Source: Atractiella rhizophila
Taxonomy: Eukaryota
NCBI GenBank assembly: GCA_021432655.1
Contig: MU271279.1
Location: 1 to 64,000, forward strand
Reading direction: 5' to 3'
DNA length: 64,000 nucleotides
The notes beneath the pieces are model-generated. The model searched no databases, was not told where the DNA came from, and saw only the letters and a list, made by a program, of their open reading frames with translations. Positions 16,136 to 27,192 of the stretch are shown one piece after another. The position numbers and the translations under genes were made by a program. Position 1 is the stretch's first letter, and each line of letters begins with the position of its first letter.

Positions 16136-17258
16136 TTAGCAGACATTGCAATCCGTGACAATAAACTTCGACGTTTTCTGCCCAAAAATGTGTCATTTTC
16201 AGTGGACTTTAGAAACGGAGCTAGCTTACCCATCTCCTCAGCGCATCAGTGATCTTGATTCCCGAAACAATCTCCCCAATGGCGACTGCCATTCACCTCG
16301 TGAACTCGTCCCTAGCCTAATAAAACATACGAACCGTATGCGAACTCCTCCGCGGTTTCGCTATCCGATGTTTCTCCATCTGAGATGAAGAACGCATTAT
16401 CTGGGTCAGAATCCATCAACTATTCGACTTTAAGCAGGATGCAAGATTTGAAGCGTACTGGAGATCCGATCCCCATCCCTTGCTATCTGGAAAAACACGA
16501 GCCCTCTCTTCCGAGAGGGGTCGTACACCTCTGGCGCTTGCAGGATCTTCTCGTTGGCCCATTTTGAATGAGCTTCTGTCGGAAAACTATGACACACAAT
16601 GTCACAACAACTTTGACCTTTATTGCTCAGAGATGGAGACGCACTGACAGACTAGTGCATGCTTGGAGATCGCAGCTGAATTTAGCCTTCAAGTGTGAAG
16701 AGAATGAGATTCGAAGCTGGAGCATGTTAGAATAACGAAAAGAACCCATACCGAGCTCCTACGTAGCGCTTTTGGGAGACGAGCTCCCTAAAATGCGCCT
16801 GTACCACAAGTGATCTTTAAGTATATGTAGCTCGATGGAATGGAGTCCTTACAGCGACTTTCGGTGCGCCGGCGTCAAAAGGTTTGATGACCACCTTCCA
16901 TGCCATAGGTCACAAAACTATCAGCCTTGGTGAAGAGCTAACACTGACCTTCATTGTTGTAGAAGTCACTGAGTTCTCGACGAGTGCGATGTCGAAGATG
17001 CAAACGGGATCTACGCAGTCTCAATCAGACGAAGAACTATGCAACACAAGGAAGAAAGAGAGACAAACGGTGAGCTTTAGATGACACGATCCCACCATCT
17101 CCGTTCAGATGCTTGCTCATAAGTTCATTGTTAGCCAACAGCGCCTTCCTCAGTTCCGCTATCTCTTGCCTCAGATCCTTGATCTCATTGGCTTGTGCCC
17201 CAGAGCTGACTTCTAGTTTGGACAGACGATTTTTGAGACTCGCTACTTCTGTATCCAT
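16136..17258 (-). CDS. Coiled-coil + divergent cyclophilin-fold protein, copy 1 (9 exons, about 225 aa)
   Basis: Spliced reading: MDTEVASLKNRLSKLEV...HPVCIFDIAL...VVIKPFDAGAPKVAAHFRELVSQKRYVGARL...RGLVFF...NAFFIS...YVAIGEIVSGIKITDALRRWKTSKFIVTDCNVC*. This follows the cyclophilin pattern PTVFFDIA / VPKTAENFRAL / SQFFI / VVFGKV.EG / KTSKKITIADC. All introns are GT..AG. Confidence 0.8.
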
Positions 17259-17657
17259 GCTGTTGCACACAATTGACGGGTTGAGGTAACAATGGTCCTC
17301 GTTCTGGAGGGGAGCAAACCAACAGGCCACGAAGTACACTCAGTAAACCAAGTGTCGTTCTTCCGGCAGTGCACAGAGCGAGCAGTAAGGTACACTGAAA
17401 GCCAATTGCTGAGGGTCACGTGTCGTACATAAGGTGTTGCAGGGAATGTAGCATGAAAGCCTGGGAAAAAAGGTCATGGAATTCGAACGATTTGCTCGCT
17501 TTTAAGAGGAAGTACAGCTTCTTAACAAAGATCATGATGACGGCCGACAAATAGCTACGGAGAGCACAATTTCAGAAAATCTTTGATAAGACGACGACAA
17601 GAATGAGGAAATAACTACGATCCAGAAATTAGAATGCAAAAGTTCAGAGGGAATAAA

Positions 17658-20534
17658 TCAGTTAAGGGAATAGCAGAGGGATTGGAGGTCGCTGACGATA
17701 TTCTTGGGAGGATGTTTCGAGCTATTTATCCAACTAGTTCATGATCGTCAGGTCCACCAGCTCAAAGGAGGAAAAAGGAAACAAGCTCACGATATAGCGT
17801 TGACATGATCCGCCAACAGAGCCGGCGTCTTCTTTTCAGCTTTGAAAAAATAGTTTCATCCTCTGCTTCCTCATCAACAAATCCACCTCCAAACCAAACA
17901 GCACCATCCTCCTTCGTCTGAACATCGGACGAATCCAATATCGACTCGTTGAGGCACCTCAAGATGTCCAAGCACCTTTGACACACAGGCACTCGACATG
18001 CCATCTGGGCGGCATGCTTTCACCTGGATGCGTGGGGAATTTTGGCATGATCCGTTGAACGAGGCTGAGGATGGATTTGACGAGATCGGTTTTGAGGGTG
18101 AGTTTCCGTTTGAAGGATGGTTTGGAGAGGAAGATGAAGTTGAACATGGAGATGGTGAGGAACTCAAGGGTCACGATACCTGATTCGAAGGCAGGAACGA
18201 CCGTCAGGGAATCTTCTTGGATCGGAATGTAGAATTTGAGCCTGTCTATGACATCCTCCACCTTTGCCGAATCGAGCGCGCCGCAATGACTTCCCGGTTT
18301 GGATCTTTGGTCGAAATCTTTGCCAAAGCAAGTAAGGCGATTTTCGGTAGCATAACTGAGCCTATGGATCGGTGGACCATTTGCACCAGCACCAGCACCT
18401 CCCTTCTCCTTCCCTCTCCCCTATCCATCCCTCATCCAACTCGTTCGTCAAGTCCAAAAACCAGCTCAAAAGTTCCACCACGGCATCGGCTACCCAACCA
18501 TTTGTCGTCGTCAACTCGACATCCAACCCCACAGACGAGAAGATGAACGCCACGTCCTTCCGAATCGTCAGGAGATCCGACACTTTCAGATCGAGATCTA
18601 CTCCTCCTCCCACCTGCTTTTGCACGTTTCGCCGTAAAGTTTGCTTCGAGGATACAAGGTCTGAGAAGAAGTTCGGCGAATCGAGGGAGGGAGGCGCAAA
18701 ATCGACCCACGTCCTCTGCTGTCGTGACGTTGCGAAAGAAATTGAGGATGGCGAGGACGGTTTCCACTCGTCCAAGAGAATACGACACGTCCTTCTTCTT
18801 TCCCTTTGAATCTAATAACCTCACGCTTTCCTCCTCTCCCATCCTCTTCAGTCTCCCAAAGCTTCTCCCCCTCCACTCCTCCCACGCATACCTCTTCTCC
18901 CTCTCCTTCCCCTTCCCACCAGCCAAGCCAACCATCTCACTCCCCAAACACTCATCCAACAAATCCAACAACTCCTCTCACCCAAATCCTCACACTGATG
19001 CAACGGAAACGGCACCGAGCCCTCCGTGCCCATACTCATCCCCAAGCTCTGCAACACATTCAAAGCATACGTGACCTCATGGGCCATCCGACTCTTCAAG
19101 CTCATCGTCAACGAATGGATGTCCACCACCCCAAAGTTCTCCCCTTCCAACCCAGTCCTCGGCGGTCGAACCTTGTTCGTCAACGCGTCCAACGCGCGCA
19201 GTTCCCATCCGCCAACCGCGGTGGTCGTGCGCGTCAAATGGTTGTATGTCACCCTATATCGTTTTTTCGGTCGCACAGGCTCAGGCTCTTCCAGCGCCGT
19301 CGACGGACGTTTGGTCGTCACGGATGGAGAGGAGGCGAGGGGGGAACGGAGGGCGAGTTTTCTGGCGCTTTTGCTTTTGAATCGGGTGGAAGAGAAGGAA
19401 GGAGGAGGAGGAGACGGTTTGGGTGCTGGCTCTGTGGTTGATGGTGGAGGTGGGATTGGGAGGATCGATTCTTTTTGAGACTCTGGGGCGGAAGGGATCG
19501 CGGGAGCTTCTGGCGTTTTTTCTCCATTGATGTCGATGGAACGGCGGTTGGGGGCGTTGGGGGTTTTGCGGTCGCTGGAGCTGTAGGAGTTGGGGTGGGA
19601 AGGAGGTTGAGCGCTGTCGGTGTCTCTGGGACAGGAGCGAGGGGAGGCGTTTCAGCCGTTCCACTTCCATGTGACCCCCGCCCTCCGCAAATTGGTATGG
19701 GTCTTCTCCAACCCCAAAAGGTACTTCGCATACACCTGAACCACCATTCAAGATCAATATCAAGCATCATCCGTCCGTCCCTTCACAGACACCACACACG
19801 GACCAACAAGCAGGGATGGAAGAAAAGGACGTACCTCGACCAACGCCTTCACGCCGACCTCGTCCTTCCTAACCTGCATCATCTGACACACCGTCGGCCA
19901 AGCGCCATTCTTGGTCAACATCGCGCTTCCGCCGCCCATGATCCTCACGATCGCATACAGCGTCCCAATCTCGACCTCCTGCGCGCCCTCGCCTCCCACA
20001 CCGAGCGGCGCACGCTCTATCCCATGCTGTTTCCTCACATGGTCTCCCGCGATCTTGCGCAACTGGATCATCTGCGCCTGCTTCTGCGGCGTCAGACCCA
20101 AGCCTGCCCATCCACCTCCTCCCGCTGGCTTCGTCCCGTTCACGGTCGCGGTTCCGTTTGCAGATGTTGCGGTTGCGGTTGCGGTTGCGGTTTGGGAGTG
20201 CAGTTGCTGTGCTTGTTGAGCGCGTAGACGCATTGAAGCGCGGCGAGGGCGGTCTTATGTCTTTCCTTTTCTTGTTGAGACATGGTCAGGAACGAGTTCG
20301 TGTCGAGTCCTTGTGAGCGGAGGTAGTCGGCCATGAGTTGTTGGAGCTGTTGTTGAGCTGCCAGCTGTGCGTTTTGTTGCGTTACAGATTGGGATTGAGG
20401 TTGGGGAGGTTGGGATGGAGGTGCAGGAGAAGAAGTAGATGAGAGTACTTTTGTTGGTGCTGGTATGAGAGAAGAAGGATGTGATGGAGGTGCTGATAGC
20501 GGGAGCGGTGAAGCAGACCCTGCCTGAGACGCTA
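17658..20534 (-). CDS. SWI1: SWI1/ARID protein, copy 1; 5'-truncated at the gap, with several frameshifts (likely sequencing errors)
   Basis: Near-identical to 27193-30085 but broken into several ORFs by 1-3 nt indels, often in homopolymers. Confidence 0.7.
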
Positions 20535-20559
20535 NNNNNNNNNNNNNNNNNNNNNNNNN
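20535..20559. other. Assembly gap (25 N)
   Basis: Run of 25 n in the sequence. Confidence 1.
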
Positions 20560-20797
20560 AAGCCATTTTCCTCTAAAAACGTTTCTCGGGCTTCTGAAAA
20601 CTTCCCCTCGTCGAGCAGCTGCACGAGATTGGAGATCCAAGATTGCGCAACATGGCTAAACGCGATTCTAACGTTGGGAGCAAGTGGTTTAGATGTTGGG
20701 AGCGGCGGCACGGGAGCGTCGATAGGCTTTGTCGTAACTGAGGGCAGGGACCTGTTGAAATTCAGCTGGCATGAAACATGTCGATCAACACTCACAT
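20560..20797 (-). CDS. FMO 5' fragment, second allele copy, truncated by the gap
   Basis: Matches 12087-12324 (SLPSVTTKPIDAPVPPLPTSKPLAPNVRIAF). Confidence 0.85.
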
Positions 20798-21039
20798 CTT
20801 ACGCTCGAGTTAGATACCAATTGGTTGGGGGCGAAATTTCTAACTGATGGTGGTTTTTAGCTTAGCAGGCCCAAGGTTTCGGCAGAGATGGTGCAAGGGA
20901 GGCATCGAATTGTGGGACGGGTAGATGTTGTGATAAAACACGTGCCGTGCTAAATATGTTGAGCAAATTCAGAGGCGGCGTCAGAAAACAGAAAACGTCA
21001 GGTAAGGTGAGTCGCAAGATATTTCAGTGTAACAGCCTA

Positions 21040-22780
21040 CGGTAGGATCTGCTCCCCTTTGCCTTCAAGTTTGTGACCTTGAAACCAAGTTTTTACTAGG
21101 ACCGTAATCCACTTATTGATCTCCCAGGTTGTTTCCCGGCGACCAAGGTCGAGATCCTCGCACACATTTCCGAATTCGCTTACCCTCCATACTTTTGCCC
21201 TATAGATATGATGTTGTGGGCAACTCGAGTTGGACATACCTGATCGTCAGCGTCTTCTGGCTTCCCATGCCCTGATCTGCAAAGGCTTGGAAGCACGCTG
21301 CTCGACGCACCGCTTTACACTCCATCCGGTTTACTTCTGCGAAAAGCTAGGTGCAGCAATTCAGAAGATTTTGCTACAACGGTCATGCTGCGGACTTCTT
21401 AGATGCCTCGTCATCGACTATTCTTTTTGAAGGGCTCACGGATTAGTTTCAGATCAGCTCCCGTCGTCATACATTAGACAGATCTGAAAGACAAGAAGGC
21501 CTCGGGTAACCAGTTATCTGCTCAATCTGGCCTAACTTCGGTACCAGTCACAATGCAGACGAGAGAGTTATCAATCCTGGAGTGAAACTTCCGTAGAGAA
21601 CCTGGAGGCTCTAATGGCCGCTCACGACACCTCTACCTTGACTAGGTAAAATGCACCAAAACTGCTTGCAAAGGGCTGTGGCCCAAGTTGCCTCTCAAAT
21701 CTTTGAGCCTGACCTACATGCATCTTCACCCCACGCTTCCAAAGGACATTTCTAATTCAATGGTGGCATCTTCACTTAGAAACCTCCTTATCTGCGCCGC
21801 CTTTGCAGAAAATGAACATAGGACCCATCAAGCGAAGATTGACTTTTCAAAATTTGTCAACCAACACGGATCCACATCTCCGGCGTTTCTTGGTGGTCTC
21901 TTTATATGCAAGAAGATATGGCTACCATCGGAGCCACCCCCCGAGGAAGCTTGATTGTTGGCTTTGACCTTCATCCGGATGTCTTCATTGAAGCTGCTGA
22001 GGGATTGTGTGCCAGTATCTGTCCCACTTGTCGGCTTCAGATCACCCGCACAGAGCTCCATTCAAATCTTTGACTAAAGATTCTCTGATATCTGCGGTCT
22101 GACGATTTATGTTGACAACCTAGTACTTGTTCGGCGACCCAACATATTGTATTCGGCTCCAATTCACGTTTCTACTGTTGTCCAAAAGCTACCACGGCGA
22201 AGGCCACCTCGGGACATTGGAATTTTAGACTTTCTCCAGAAACAGGTATCCACTCAGTTACGAGTGCTGACTAGATATTTGGATGCAGAACCTGAAATCC
22301 CGGATTTACTATCTCTGATTTTTCATCGCTAGACTCTCGCCCGTCGCCTACTCACCAAGATTAAAGCATCGTTATAGGAATAGAGGAATTTGTATCACCT
22401 GAGGAAGGCCTATCAAAGAAATATTCCCATCTAAGGATCCTAAACATTGTTCTCATTCTTGACAAAGGTGTACGGCAGCCGTCAATCAAATGGCCCTTTG
22501 CTTCAGTGCCATCTCCTTCCTTTACGGGGCTTGGAAGATGCCGGGGCTAGGTGCGTTCCCTCCACCTATGCGCTTCCTCTTCCTCCTTATGCTAGAAGCA
22601 CGCTGGCAGAGTCCTCTTCTACGCTTTCATTTCCTGGTATATGCTACTTTTGGGCCAATCGACTTATTAGCTAACTTACGTGTCAACGAAAGTACAGCAG
22701 AGTGCAGAATGGTGTAACGTTCAAATAGATTCTGCGGAAACTCTCTAGCTCTTCGACACAGAGTAGACTTTTGACTGCTT
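21040..22780 (+). pseudogene. Degenerate LRR-like gene remnant; a deleted version lies at about 12500-13250
   Basis: Short broken ORFs with LRR-like pieces (LPLKSLSLTYMHL, SLRNLLIC; NLRHLYLD in the other copy) and many stops. The two copies differ by large indels and high divergence. Confidence 0.35.
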
Positions 22781-23287
22781 CAGCAGTATACCTGATTAAT
22801 GCCTGCCGTTAAGCAATATTCTACAGAAAACTCTAAGGAAATATGATCATGGCGGGGACACCGCAGAGATACATGCAAGGGTGGTTTGCCACGAATGGGT
22901 TGTAGAGTATAGCTTTGGGCATTTAATTGTTCAGCTGCTTTCGGACGCACGTTGAGGAGGTACGGGCCGAATTGTTCGGCAAGATTAGACGGGTTCCCTT
23001 CTTACGATATCTTGATCGAATCAAGCTGAATCAAGAATGGCCAGGACCTCAGACCGACTAGCACGGGCCGCCAACGAGCTCCAGGCATATTTGTTTATCA
23101 ACCCTATATCTACAACGGCGCATCTTGCAGCAGGTCACAGAACCACTTAAGACCATTCAGCCCGATTCAGCCCGAAGGACCAAATTTGTGGCCTTGTTAT
23201 TTACCTTTTAAGAGCGATTGTGTGTCAGCCGCCTCTCCTCTTCAGACGAGTTGGACAGTCGGACGCTAACGCTTCAACTATTTCACT

Positions 23288-25489
23288 ATGACCACCATCT
23301 CTACTATTCAAATTCATGGTACCGTCCTTGTCGAAGATGTCAAATCGGGAGCTTCTTCACCAGCCCCTAGTCTCCACAGTACGATTGCAGAGGACGTTCC
23401 AGACTTTGCTCTGGAGGAAGGCAAGCAAAGGGAAGAGCCGGAAAATGACGTGATTGGCGCAATAGAGCTGCATGAAGTAGCAGCGACGCCGCCATTGGAT
23501 GTTATACCTCCTGTGACCTTCAAGAAGTTGACCGTCAAAGATCGCACCAACAGCTTCTTGTCCTTGTTTAAAATGTCTATTAAGGAAGTTGCTGGATACT
23601 TAACGTGTGCGTTTCCCTCCTCCTTGAACGGATTCTACCCCTAACTGGCTTGCTTCGAAGTCATCGTCGCGGGCTGGTCCGACGCTACTTCAGGTTAGTT
23701 TAGCTCTATGTTTAGGAATGGCTGTACTGATAAGTGCAATAGGTGTCCTGATCCCTTAGTAAGGCCAATCCCCTCTCTTCTGATTAGTGCTGATTGACGG
23801 CGCTGCACAAGCATGGAGAGGTACTTTGGCATTGGATACATGGCCGTCAGTTGCCTGTTTGTCGGCCAGTTTTTAGGCTTCTTTCTGGCTTCATTGACGA
23901 GCACATATCTTATGGACCGACTTGGACTCGGCAAAGGTTGGGTCATTCTATCTTGCTGTCATTGAAGCTAACACTAGGATGAACCAGTTATCGTCCTTGG
24001 TGCGGTTAGTCAAATGGCAGCCTATTTATTCATGTTTCCGCCTATCAACTTCCCTGTCCTTGCTAGCGCCTACATACTTTCAGGCATGTCCCTCTAGACT
24101 TCTACTCTACCTTGGGTTTGCTCAGCTGTATTCAAGGTTTTGGACTTGCGTTGCAAAATGCTAGCACGTCTTCGTTTATCGCGGGTACGACTCATGATAC
24201 TACCTTTGTCTCCAGCTAACAATTTCTCTCGTAGGTTTGCCGGATGTGGCCTGGAAAATGGTACAGTTTTTTTCTCCTTTCACCATCTTTTGTAACCCGA
24301 AGCAAACTAGGGACTGCTACATTCCTTCTATGGCTTGGGAGGCGTGATCAGTCCTTTGGTTGCGACTGCTTTTGTCTCTTCAGGAATCAAATTCAGCTAC
24401 TTCTACCTTATTACTTTAGGTACACTGTCGCATGTGGTATACCGATGGTCTCTCATATACAGGTGTAGGTGTGTGCGCTATGAACGTTGCACTCCTCGTC
24501 CATGCTTTTCGGTTCGTCCTCTGTCCCTTGGTGTAAAGCACACATCTGAGTTTCTCTAGGTTGAAACCTGAACCTCTGCCTGCAAACTACGTTCACGAGC
24601 GGCCTGGGGATCAGCTGAAGAAAATTTTGGTGAATAAAAATGTCTGGTTTATCTCGTTATTTATCATTGTCTACGTTGGAGCGGAAGTCTCTATGGGAGG
24701 TGCGTATAGTTCTCGCTTCTCCTTGGTAGATAATTTATCATCGCGTTAGGTTGGATAGTCTCCTTTATTATCCGCCAAAGGGGAGGAGGTGCAGGTTCTG
24801 GTTACATCGCAACCGGTAATTACAGCTATCCCTACTGCGCTTTTCCAAGCTAACAAGATGTGACTAGGTTTCTTCTCAGGTTTGACTGGCCACATTGACT
24901 GGCTACACACTCATCGTCGCCTTATTTGTAGGGCTCGCATTGGGGCGACTTCTATGCCCCAGATTCAACACGTACGTGGGAGAAAAGAGAGTTGTCTATC
25001 TCTATCTTGGCGTCGGCGCTGCTCTTCAGTTTATCATATGGTTCGTTCCATCAATCGAGGGCAACGCTGTTGCTGTAGGACTAGTCGGTTTTGTCTTGGT
25101 ATGGGACAAGCGCTTGTACATCTTGCTCCGTCTAACCTGTGCTTCCAGGGACCACTGTATCCAAATGCCATGTCGCTGACAGTCAAGATCTTTCCGAGGA
25201 GCCTTCACCACGTGAGCGTCCTTCTTCTCTCGTACGAGCTCTCCTAACTTTCGAGTACAGGGTTGTATAGGCTTCATGAACTCTTTAGGACAGAGCGGGG
25301 CTGCTATCTTTCGTGAGTTTGGTGCGCGTTTCGAGAGAATTGAAACTGACACTTGGAGCAGCATTCATCACTGGTGTCCTTGCCCAAAAGTACTCGGTGA
25401 ATGTCTTGCCACCCGTCGAACTCGCTCTTTTTGCGACAATGACAGTTCTTTGGTCCTTCGTCCCCAATCCGGAGAGGAGGAGCGAGTAA
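23288..25489 (+). CDS. MFS transporter, copy 2 (second allele; small indels near 23640 and 23985)
   Basis: Near-identical to 13756-15965. Confidence 0.8.
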
Positions 25490-25668
25490 GGCTCTATTCC
25501 ACCTGCTTTCCTCAAAGATATTCTCGCGCGCAACAGAAATTTGGGTTTTGTGTCGTCTTTCTGGGTACTTCAGCTCATTGTGTCACAACAATTAAATAGA
25601 CTCATGAAGCGATTGAGTTGTGGGAAACCGTGTTTGTAGAATCGTAGTGGTGTGCAGATACGGGACAA

Positions 25669-26793
25669 TTAGCAGACATTGCAATCCGTGACAATAAACT
25701 TCGACGTTTTCTGCCCAAAAATGTGTCATTTTCAGTGGACTTTAGAAACGGAGCTAGCTTACCCATCTCCTCAGCGCATCAGTGATCTTGATTCCCGAAA
25801 CAATCTCCCCAATGGCGACTGCCATTCACCTCGTGAACTCGTCCCTAGCCTAATAAAACATACGAACCGTATGCGAACTCCTCCGCGGTTTCGCTATCCG
25901 ACGTTTCTCCATCTGAGATGAAGAACGCATTATCTGGGTCAGAATCCATCAACTATTCGACTTTAAGCAGGATGCAAGATTTGAAGCGTACTGGAGATCC
26001 GATCCCCATCCCTAGCGATCTGGAAAAATACGAGTCCTCTCTTCCGAGAGGGGTCGTACACCTCTGGCGCTTGCAGGATCTTCTCGTTGGCCCATTTTGA
26101 ATGAGCTTCTGTCGGAAAACTATGACACACAATGTCACAACAACTTTGACCTTTATTGCTCAGAGATGGAGACGCACTGACAGACCAGTGCGTGCTTGGA
26201 GATCGCCGCTGAATTTAGCCTTCAGGTGTGAGAGAATGAGATTCGAAGCTGGAGCATGGTAGAATAATGAACAGAACCCATACCGAGCTCCTACATAGCG
26301 CTTTTGGGAGACGAGCTCCCTAAAATGCGCCTGCACCACAACTGATCTTTAGGCACATGTATGTCTCGCTGGAATAGAGTCACTTACCGCGACCTTAGGT
26401 GCGCCAGCGTCAAAAGGTTTGATGACCACCTTCCATGCCATAGGTCACAAAACTACTAGCCTTGGTGAAGAGCCAACACTGACCTTCATTGTTGTAGAAG
26501 TCACTGAGTTCTCGACGAGTGCGATGTCGAAGATGCAAACGGGATCTACGCAGTCTCAATCAGACGAAGAACTATGCAACACAAGGAAGAAAGAGAGACA
26601 AACGGTGAGCTTTAGATGACACGATCCCACCATCTCCGTTCAGATGCTTGCTCATAAGTTCATTGTTAGCCAACAGCGCCTTCCTCAGTTCCGCTATCTC
26701 TTGCCTCAGATCCTTGATCTCATTGGCTTGTGCCCCAGAGCTGACTTCTAGTTTGGACAGACGATTTTTGAGACTCGCTACTTCTGTATCCAT
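25669..26793 (-). CDS. Coiled-coil + divergent cyclophilin-fold protein, copy 2
   Basis: Same exon structure as copy 1 (exon 1 26793-26604, intron 26603-26546). The exonic differences I compared between the copies are synonymous. Confidence 0.82.
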
Positions 26794-27192
26794 GCTGTTG
26801 CACACAATTGACGGGTTGAGGTAACAATAGTCCTCGTTCTGGAGGGGAGCAAACCAACAGGCCACGAAGTACACTCAGTAAACCAAGTGTCGTTCTTCCG
26901 GCAGTGCACAGAGCGAGCAGTAAGGTACACTGAAAGCCAATTGCTGAGGGTCACGTGTCGTACATAAGGTGTTGCAGGGAATGCAGCATGAAAGCCTGGG
27001 AAAAAAGGTCATGGAATTCGAACGATTTGCTCGCTTTTAAGAGGAAGTACAACTTCTTAACAAAGATCATGATGACGGCCGACAAATAGCTACGGAGAGC
27101 ACAATTTCAGAAAATCTTTGATAAGACGACGACAAGAATGAGGAAATAACTACGATCCAGAAATTAGAATGCAAAAGTTCAGAGGGAATAAA

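Noticed and set aside
19475..20227. Long plus-strand ORFs (250 aa here, 235 aa at 29045-29752) and similar overlapping ORFs
   Set aside because: They are antisense shadows of GC-rich SWI1 coding sequence with no recognisable motifs.
17658..20534. SWI1 pseudogene or true paralogue
   Set aside because: The indels are homopolymer-type, lie next to the N gap, and the copy is otherwise near-identical to the intact gene; noisy gap-fill sequence explains it better.
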